DNA of 24,561 nt from a virus (lineage: Duplodnaviria > Caudoviricetes), in IMG/VR virus record IMGVR_UViG_3300030376_000668, positions 1 to 24,561 of that record, one strand, 5' to 3'. The notes under the pieces are model-generated. The model was not told the DNA's origin and made no database searches. It saw only the letters and a list, made by a program, of their open reading frames with translations. Numbering within the stretch: the stretch's first letter is position 1; every line of letters starts with the position of its first letter. The position numbers and the translations under genes are program-made. This document shows positions 8,720-14,274 of the stretch, one piece after another.

Positions 8720-8735
8720 CGGTAACATGTTACCA
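8720..8735. repeat. Palindromic motif cGGTAACATGTTACCa, copy 1 of 4
   Basis: Perfect 14-bp palindrome, intergenic, 2 nt after a stop codon. Confidence 0.95.
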
Positions 8736-8736
8736 A

Positions 8737-9456
8737 TTAAAAATTGATGGTTGGTATTACATCGTTGTCAACGACAAAGCCGTTGGTGTTAGTCTTCGCT
8801 GGCCCTTTTGCCACCAGCCCCACTACTACTCCGCGATGATTAACATTGACCCAGTCTGAGTTGTCGCCGTTGATCACCTCTCTCCCCATAAACGTCCATG
8901 GGAAATTCTTGTTCCTGAACACGACTGCCATAGGTGCGTCGCTGTAGGATTTGAGAAAGCTCTGCACCTGAGATTGATAGTTCTTGGCTCCGCTGTAGCT
9001 GAACATTAGTCGGTAGTTGTCCGGCTGTCGCTGTCCGTGGAAACGTCGAGCCTTCTTTGTGTAGTCATAGAACTGCAACTCAGGGAATGACTGAGGCACG
9101 TCGTAGTCTTCCCAGCTGATATCGCTCATTACGTTGAGACGTACAACGCCCTGCACACGTTGCTTCGCACACAGCCTTGAGAAGTTCTCTAGCTCTCGTG
9201 ACAGCTGTACCAGAAAGCGTTCCTGTTCGTTGTGCCAGTAGTCAGTGCGAGCCTGTCGTGCTTGGTTGATCGATGGGTACACACTACCTAGCCCTGCGTC
9301 TTTGAGGCAGTCTTCCATACAGCCCGCAGCTTTTGCACCAGCGCATACCACATTGTCGGGATGCATTGTCAGCGTAGCCATGCGTATGGTCTCGTCGCGG
9401 TTAGTCTTTCGAGCCTTGGTGTTGCCAAGTCTTTTGCTCGTGTCAAGTAGTTTCAT
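8737..9456 (-). CDS. GP88-like (radical-SAM-related) phage protein
   Basis: C-x7-C-x3-C cluster, then VRLNVMSD, FYDYTK, Y.L.FS.S, AVVF, GD.SD, VGL.AKG. Start reassigned to 9456 (TAATG coupling, GGGAG RBS). Confidence 0.65.
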   Translation of the reverse strand: MKLLDTSKRLGNTKARKTNRDETIRMATLTMHPDNVVCAGAKAAGCMEDCLKDAGLGSVYPSINQARQARTDYWHNEQERFLVQLSRELENFSRLCAKQRVQGVVRLNVMSDISWEDYDVPQSFPELQFYDYTKKARRFHGQRQPDNYRLMFSYSGAKNYQSQVQSFLKSYSDAPMAVVFRNKNFPWTFMGREVINGDNSDWVNVNHRGVVVGLVAKGPAKTNTNGFVVDNDVIPTINF

Positions 9457-9674
9457 TACATATACTCCCAATAGTTTACGTCGTCTTCGGTGATCTCAAT
9501 GCGTAGCCAGCCCAGTGCCAGTATGTATGACTCGCCACCGTCTACTGTGCGTGGGCAGTAAAACGTGGTGATCATGAATAGCGTTGACCAGTACAGATCG
9601 ATCAAGTGGTCGTCGGTTTTGATAACGATGCCGCTACCTTCGCCGTACCATTTCCGTGCAGTTGTGATTTTCAT
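9456..9674 (-). CDS. Hypothetical early protein
   Basis: GAGGG RBS, directly downstream of a sigma70-type promoter. Confidence 0.7.
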   Translation of the reverse strand: MKITTARKWYGEGSGIVIKTDDHLIDLYWSTLFMITTFYCPRTVDGGESYILALGWLRIEITEDDVNYWEYM

Positions 9675-9696
9675 CGCTTTTCCCTCGCTTTTTTAT

Positions 9697-9725
9697 AGAT
9701 TAGGTATTGACATTTGATAAGTCAA
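9697..9725 (-). promoter_or_regulatory. Sigma70-type promoter
   Basis: Minus strand TTGACT-17 nt-TAATCT; overlaps a TTGAC-N9-GTCAA inverted repeat. Confidence 0.7.
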
Positions 9726-9759
9726 CACCATTTACAGATTTATTTTCGGTACAAAACAT

Positions 9760-9775
9760 CGGTAACATGTTACCA
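9760..9775. repeat. Palindromic motif cGGTAACATGTTACCa, copy 2 of 4
   Basis: Exact copy, 3 nt after a stop codon. Confidence 0.95.
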
Positions 9776-9777
9776 GC

Positions 9778-10113
9778 TCAGTCCCTAAACATTTCCGTCG
9801 CCATTTCGAGCATGAACTCTATGTCTTCTGGGCTTTCCCATTCGTCAGGGTAGTCTGACATGTCTTGCACCATCGCAATATTAAACATCATGTCGCGGTC
9901 GTATATTGGCGCAAGCGTACAGTGTTTAGGCTTCGTCGTTAGTCCAGCGCGTTCGCGTAAACGTCCACTATCTGGCTTGAATGCGTTGCAGCCTAGCTCT
10001 TTAAATCTCTGGACGGCTTGCTTATAAGTCATGTCGTCGCCTGTCCAGCCTTCCATTTCGTGCAGTTCGTCGTGATCCCACGGTTCACCGCAGTGTCTGC
10101 AATGTATGTCCAT
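9778..10113 (-). CDS. Hypothetical protein with N-terminal CxxC
   Basis: MDIHCRHCGEPWD plus later Cys residues; GAGGA RBS. Confidence 0.75.
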   Translation of the reverse strand: MDIHCRHCGEPWDHDELHEMEGWTGDDMTYKQAVQRFKELGCNAFKPDSGRLRERAGLTTKPKHCTLAPIYDRDMMFNIAMVQDMSDYPDEWESPEDIEFMLEMATEMFRD

Positions 10114-10116
10114 CGT

Positions 10117-10215
10117 TTATTCCTCGTCGTTAGTGAGAGCGTACAGCACAAAGCCTACGCCGGTCGTGGTTAGTAGCAGGACAACGTCCCACCAAGGTTG
10201 CCATTGTTCAAACAT
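10117..10215 (-). CDS. 32-aa single-pass membrane peptide
   Basis: Not in track. MFEQWQPWWDVVLLLTTTGVGFVLYALTNDEE; AAGGAG RBS; fills the gap between its neighbours. Confidence 0.65.
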   Translation of the reverse strand: MFEQWQPWWDVVLLLTTTGVGFVLYALTNDEE

Positions 10216-10357
10216 CGTCTAAAAACTCCTTTAACAGTGCGATCGCCGTTTCAGTATCTTCTCTTTCTAAGGCTTCGCGTACTAAATGGGCATTAACTAT
10301 GGCCTTCCCTAGCGCCACAAACGCTTTTTCATAAGAATCTTTTTCATCGTATGACAT
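10208..10357 (-). CDS. 49-aa helical hypothetical protein
   Basis: Not in track. MSYDEKDSYEKAFVALGKAIVNAHLVREALEREDTETAIALLKEFLDDV; GAGGA RBS. Confidence 0.65.
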   Translation of the reverse strand: MSYDEKDSYEKAFVALGKAIVNAHLVREALEREDTETAIALLKEFLDDV

Positions 10358-10376
10358 CGTCTGATCCTCTCAAAAT

Positions 10377-10392
10377 CGGTAACATGTTACCA
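10377..10392. repeat. Palindromic motif cGGTAACATGTTACCa, copy 3 of 4
   Basis: Exact copy, just 3' (minus sense) of the hammerhead. Confidence 0.95.
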
Positions 10393-10399
10393 GTTTAGG

Positions 10400-10454
10400 T
10401 TTCCGTTTCGTCCGCACAGGACTCGTCAGCACGGCTCTATACCGTGGACGGAAA
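10400..10454 (-). ncRNA. Type III hammerhead ribozyme
   Basis: Minus-strand RNA: UUUCC-GUC | CACGGU-AUAGA-GCCGUG (stem I) | CUGACGA | GUCC-UGUGC-GGAC (stem II) | GAAA-CGGAAA (stem III). All core nucleotides are present; predicted cut between 10447 and 10446. Confidence 0.92.
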
Positions 10455-10475
10455 AGCGCACCTCCGAAGAGGTGC
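10452..10475 (-). terminator. UUCG-capped hairpin, weak intrinsic terminator or 3'-end stabiliser
   Basis: GCACCUC-UUCG-GAGGUGC followed by GCUUUU; the short U-tract overlaps hammerhead stem III. Confidence 0.6.
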
Positions 10476-10497
10476 AAGGCTCTACGGGTTGAGCGGG

Positions 10498-10968
10498 TTA
10501 TACTGACAGCTTGCGCATCTCTTCAGCGATCATTTCGAGCACGCTATCCGGCACTTCGGAAGCGTCAAGCTTTTGCGCAAGTGTAGTCAAGATATCGCGG
10601 GTTTCAGACTCTTCTGTTTCTTCTGTCTCGTGAATGTAAAAACTGCAGATACCGTCTTTCAGGCTGAAGGTTATATCAAGGCCTAAACCGCCTTTCTCAA
10701 TATCCTTTCGCGTCTCTCTGCGTAGGGTTTGTCTCAACACCTTCAATGCTGATTTAGCCTTTCCACCATCCGCGTCATCATGTGCGCGTAATTCCTTAGT
10801 GGCTCGCTTCGCTTGGATGATCTCAACGGCGTCCTTCAGCGTGTCCAATCCGGTCACATTGCCATGCGCGTCAATGTTGATCACTGGTAGGAATGCTCGG
10901 ACGTGGCCAGCGAGTCGACCGTATGCCATTGCTGTGTCTGTGATTTGTCGTGTAGTTGGTAGTGTCAT
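10498..10968 (-). CDS. First early gene, hypothetical (156 aa)
   Basis: Start reassigned to MTLPTT at 10968 (GAGGAGG RBS); first ORF downstream of the sigma54-type promoter. Confidence 0.75.
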   Translation of the reverse strand: MTLPTTRQITDTAMAYGRLAGHVRAFLPVINIDAHGNVTGLDTLKDAVEIIQAKRATKELRAHDDADGGKAKSALKVLRQTLRRETRKDIEKGGLGLDITFSLKDGICSFYIHETEETEESETRDILTTLAQKLDASEVPDSVLEMIAEEMRKLSV

Positions 10969-10992
10969 TTTCGTGTCCTCCTCGGACGTTAG

Positions 10993-11008
10993 CGGTAACA
11001 TGTTACCA
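10993..11008. repeat. Palindromic motif cGGTAACATGTTACCa, copy 4 of 4
   Basis: Exact copy in the 5' leader of the first early gene. Confidence 0.95.
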
Positions 11009-11063
11009 GTAGCGCACCATTTTGGTGCATGGGTAGACTGTCCTCCAGCCTTACCAAATATAG

Positions 11064-11079
11064 TGCAAGCTGCATGCCA
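11064..11079 (-). promoter_or_regulatory. Sigma54 (RpoN) -24/-12 promoter
   Basis: Minus strand TGGCAT-GCAGC-TTGCA versus consensus TGGCAC-N5-TTGCW; exact GG-N10-GC spacing; faces the early genes; predicted +1 near 11053. Confidence 0.8.
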
Positions 11080-11098
11080 CCTATAAAAAATCCTTACA

Positions 11099-11111
11099 AA
11101 TCAATGACTTA
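11099..11111 (+). promoter_or_regulatory. IHF binding site
   Basis: AATCAA-TGAC-TTA matches WATCAA-N4-TTR exactly, with an A-tract 5' of it; about -46 to -58 of the sigma54 start. Confidence 0.75.
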
Positions 11112-11118
11112 CGAGATC

Positions 11119-11226
11119 TGTTACCCTGAAATGATACCGATAAAGTGTTACTTTGTTACCGCTGGTGACACTGTTACTGTTACCGGTAACACTTGGGTAA
11201 CACATTCACGCTGCTTATAGGTAACA
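11119..11226. promoter_or_regulatory. Array of TGTTAC/GTAACA half-sites (candidate enhancer, CbrB-like)
   Basis: TGTTAC at 11119, 11146, 11154, 11172, 11178; GTAACA at 11186, 11197, 11221; variants TGATAC (11132) and GTGACA (11165). Confidence 0.6.
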
Positions 11227-11320
11227 CAATGCAGATTCATATGCTGAATTATGTAGACCAATGATGTTAACAGGGTTTACATTCACGTCCTGAATGGTCC
11301 AACCTAGACTCTCACACCTG

Positions 11321-11385
11321 CCTATTGAGAATCATTCTTGTTTGCTAATGAGAATCATTCCCGAATGCTAATGAGAATCGTTATC
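11321..11385. promoter_or_regulatory. Three tandem Fur-box-like sites, 23-bp period
   Basis: CCTATTGAGAATCATTCTT, GCTAATGAGAATCATTCCC, GCTAATGAGAATCGTTATC: 13, 15 and 16 of 19 matches to GATAATGATAATCATTATC. Confidence 0.65.
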
Positions 11386-11586
11386 GTTAACTGCACCGGG
11401 GGAGGGGCTGTGTCTGCGGCGATTGCGTGTGTTGCTACTCAGACACAAAAAAGAGTAAAATTAGAACTTAATATAGCCAATAGTTCTAAGCAGATAAACT
11501 GTATAGAAAACAAGGACTTAGTAGTGCAGAATCTGGACCGTGACTGTACAGTTTAAAGGACATTGTAGTCTTGTTTAAAATAATGC

Positions 11587-11615
11587 TTGACAAATCATCA
11601 AAAGTATGGTACAAT
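11587..11615 (+). promoter_or_regulatory. Sigma70-type promoter for the packaging operon
   Basis: TTGACA-17 nt-TACAAT with TG extended -10. Confidence 0.85.
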
Positions 11616-11630
11616 AAATAGTATGTTATG

Positions 11631-11713
11631 TCTTTAAAGATACTTTACCGTAACGGTAATGGTAAATTTTATAAATATATTATTAAAAGTTTACGGTAAT
11701 GCAACTTTAAAGA
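11631..11713. repeat. Bipartite inverted repeat around an AT-rich core
   Basis: TCTTTAAAG-N5-TTACCGTAA (11631-11653) and its reverse complement (11691-11713); a further TCTTTAAAGA at 11715-11724. Confidence 0.8.
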
Positions 11714-11731
11714 TTCTTTAAAGAGGTATTT

Positions 11732-12121
11732 ATGTCAGATGTTGATAATCCTCCTCGCCGAAAGCGTGGAAGACCGCGTAAAAGTGACGTAGCTGCATCA
11801 AAAAAAGGTAATCGCAATGCTGTTGGTCGCCCGAAGGGTGACGCTGCGGTCATAAACGAGTACAAAGCACGGATGTTAGCGTCTCCTAAGTCCAGAAAAG
11901 TGCTTGATACAATATTTGAAGCGGCTCTTGACCACGATCATAAGAATCAAGCAGCGGCGTGGAAGCTTGTTATGGACAGAATACTGCCCGTTGCAGCTTT
12001 TGAAAAAGATATTGTTAAAGATGGAGGTAGAAACGCCATTCAGATTAATATTAGTGGTGTTGGTGCAGTAGATATTCCTGAACCTACAGTAATTGAAGGA
12101 GAGGTGGTAGATGAATCTTAA
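11732..12121 (+). CDS. Probable terminase small subunit
   Basis: First gene of the packaging arm; AT-hook-like RKRGRPRK and GRPKG, then A.KLVMDRILP; GAGG RBS. Confidence 0.65.
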   Translation: MSDVDNPPRRKRGRPRKSDVAASKKGNRNAVGRPKGDAAVINEYKARMLASPKSRKVLDTIFEAALDHDHKNQAAAWKLVMDRILPVAAFEKDIVKDGGRNAIQINISGVGAVDIPEPTVIEGEVVDES

Positions 12122-12461
12122 GCATTTTGATCCTTCAGAGTTTAACTGTCAAGTCACTGGACACAATAACATGGAAAGGGACTTCCTTGAAAAGCTAGAC
12201 AAGTTAAGAGAGGCGTGCGGGTTTCCTTTCGTAATTACCAGCGGGTACAGACACCCGACTGAGCATCCGATAGAAGCTAAGAAAGACGTACCCGGCACAC
12301 ATGCCCAAGGCATCGCGGCGGATATAAAAATAACAAACGCCGTGTTTCGCCTTAAGCTTGTCACTGCTGCAATAGGTCTTGGTTTTACAGGTATAGGAAT
12401 TGCTGAAGACTTTATTCACGTCGATACTCGTGGTACAACGCCAGTTATGTGGACTTACTAA
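12111..12461 (+). CDS. Peptidase M15A (endolysin-type)
   Basis: F...EF.C, ITSGYR, H..G.AAD and FIHVD zinc ligands. Confidence 0.9.
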   Translation: MNLKHFDPSEFNCQVTGHNNMERDFLEKLDKLREACGFPFVITSGYRHPTEHPIEAKKDVPGTHAQGIAADIKITNAVFRLKLVTAAIGLGFTGIGIAEDFIHVDTRGTTPVMWTY

Positions 12462-13030
12462 TGTTATATACTAAGCATCTTACAATAACAAACACAGATC
12501 TGCACGAAGTGTTTGCTGTGCCTAACGGTTACGTATGTAGTATTAACTATATTTTTGTAGCCAACCACAATACCTCTACTAACTCAGTAGATTTGTATTG
12601 GGATCAAATAGGAGCCAGTGAGTCTAGTGTACCAAGTCCGGGAACTACGACACTAAACTATACTTTTACTAGTCCGGCTACAAGTACTTATCTTGAAGTA
12701 AGAAAAAACGGAACTGTTCTTATAGAAGGTGTTGGTAATGACTACACCGTTGATTTAGTTACAAAAACAGTAACACTAACTACAGCATCAGCTAGCGGAG
12801 AAGAGTACACAATTGCACGTCTAGATCCTCAAGTTTATATTTTTGACGGGACTAACGTTGGCGGAGGTGACAGATTAGTGCTAGGAGGTCAGTCGTCTTT
12901 AGGCATCTTTGCTTTACACGAAGAAGAAACTGTTAAAGCACAAGTGTCAACAATAGGTAACGTAGAAGTAGCAGTTACTTTTGAATTACTAGAAAAGCCA
13001 GCGGTACTCGTAGACTTTAATGGATCTTAA
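12461..13030 (+). CDS. Beta-rich putative virion protein with an internal inserted module
   Basis: Start reassigned to 12461 (TAATG coupling). Thr/Val-rich; central segment resembles the tail-fibre inserts. Confidence 0.65.
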   Translation: MLYTKHLTITNTDLHEVFAVPNGYVCSINYIFVANHNTSTNSVDLYWDQIGASESSVPSPGTTTLNYTFTSPATSTYLEVRKNGTVLIEGVGNDYTVDLVTKTVTLTTASASGEEYTIARLDPQVYIFDGTNVGGGDRLVLGGQSSLGIFALHEEETVKAQVSTIGNVEVAVTFELLEKPAVLVDFNGS

Positions 13031-14273
13031 TATAGAACTACTGCCTTGGCAACAAGATGTCTGGGCAGACGACACAAGATTTAAAATAGTAGCTGCTGGG
13101 CGACGTACTGGTAAGTCTAGGTTAGCAGCGTGGATGTTAATTGTAAACGCACTACAGGCGGACAGAGGTCATGTATTTTACGTCGCACCTACTCAGGGAC
13201 AAGCCAGAGACATCATGTGGCAAACCTTGTTGGAATTGGGGCACCCTGTTATTGCTGGTAGTCACATTAATAATCTTCAAATTAAGCTTGTCAACGGTGC
13301 TACCATTAGCCTAAAAGGAGCCGATAGACCAGAGACAATGCGAGGTGTCAGCCTTAAGTTTTTAGTAATGGACGAGTATGCTGACATGAAGCCAGAGGTT
13401 TTTGAGCAGATTCTTAGACCTGCCTTGGCTGACCAAAAAGGCTGTGCGATGTTCATAGGTACGCCTATGGGTCGCAACCATTTTTATGAACTATACAAAT
13501 ATGCAGAGTTAGATGATGATCCGACGTACAAAGCTTGGCACTTTACTTCTTATGATAATCCACTATTGGACCCGTCTGAAATTGACATTGCTAAACGCAG
13601 CATGTCGAGTTATGCGTTTCGCCAAGAATTTATGGCATCGTTTGAAGCTCGCGGTTCAGAAATGTTTAAGGAAGACTGGGTACGCTTTGGTGAGGATGAG
13701 TCAGAAGTAGGAGATTATTACATTGCGGTTGACTTGGCTGGATTTGAAGAAGTCAACAAAAAGAAAACTAAAAACACAAAGCTTGATGATACAGCAATTG
13801 CCGTCGTTAAGGTCAGTGAGCACGGTTGGTTTGTTGATAATATTATTTATGGACGATGGAGTCTTGACGAAACGGCACTTAAGATATTTCAGGCCGTTAG
13901 AGATTACCGTCCCCTTAGTGTGGGCATCGAACGAGGAATTGCTAAACAAGCAGTAATGTCTCCTTTAATGGATATGCAAAAACGTTATGGTATGTTTTTT
14001 AGAGTTGAAGAGTTGACACACGGAAACAAAAAGAAAACAGATCGTATTATGTGGGCATTGCAAGGACGATTTGAAAACGGCTTTATAACATTAAACAAAG
14101 GTGAGTGGAACAGTAGATTTTTAGATCAGTTATTTCAGTTCCCTGATCCACTAACACACGATGACTTGGTAGACGCTTTAGCGTACATAGATCAGTTAGC
14201 TAACGTACCTTACGGTATAGCTGACCTAGACTTAGACGAACCTGAAATTTTAGATATTGTAGCAGGATACTGA
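13020..14273 (+). CDS. terL: Terminase large subunit
   Basis: AGRRTGKS Walker A, YVAPT, LRG-like MRG, VMDE Walker B, GTP.G.N coupling motif; nuclease VDLAG and HDDLVDA. Confidence 0.95.
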   Translation: MDLNIELLPWQQDVWADDTRFKIVAAGRRTGKSRLAAWMLIVNALQADRGHVFYVAPTQGQARDIMWQTLLELGHPVIAGSHINNLQIKLVNGATISLKGADRPETMRGVSLKFLVMDEYADMKPEVFEQILRPALADQKGCAMFIGTPMGRNHFYELYKYAELDDDPTYKAWHFTSYDNPLLDPSEIDIAKRSMSSYAFRQEFMASFEARGSEMFKEDWVRFGEDESEVGDYYIAVDLAGFEEVNKKKTKNTKLDDTAIAVVKVSEHGWFVDNIIYGRWSLDETALKIFQAVRDYRPLSVGIERGIAKQAVMSPLMDMQKRYGMFFRVEELTHGNKKKTDRIMWALQGRFENGFITLNKGEWNSRFLDQLFQFPDPLTHDDLVDALAYIDQLANVPYGIADLDLDEPEILDIVAGY

Positions 14274-14274
14274 T

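Noticed and set aside
8687-11001. ORF-track starts at 8728 and 11001 (MLP...)
   Set aside because: These ATGs are the centre of the palindrome; downstream ATGs at 8686 and 10968 have proper RBSs.
10969-11053. CrcZ-like or Rsm-like sRNA mimic downstream of the sigma54 promoter
   Set aside because: No AANAANAA repeats and only one GGA-loop hairpin; it reads as a structured 5' UTR.
11321-11385. Mini-CRISPR array
   Set aside because: A 23-bp period leaves no room for spacers, and there are no cas genes; better explained as tandem protein-binding sites.
11410-11460. TGTGTCTG...CAGACACA hairpin as a terminator
   Set aside because: The A-run lies 3' on the plus strand, so neither strand has a U-tract after the stem.
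11029-11556. ORFs 11029-11220 and 11338-11556
   Set aside because: No convincing RBS; their sequences simply translate the regulatory repeats.
2949-14273. Introns, inteins or homing endonucleases in polymerase, helicase or terminase
   Set aside because: All three ORFs are continuous and of compact length, with no splicing or HNH/LAGLIDADG motifs.
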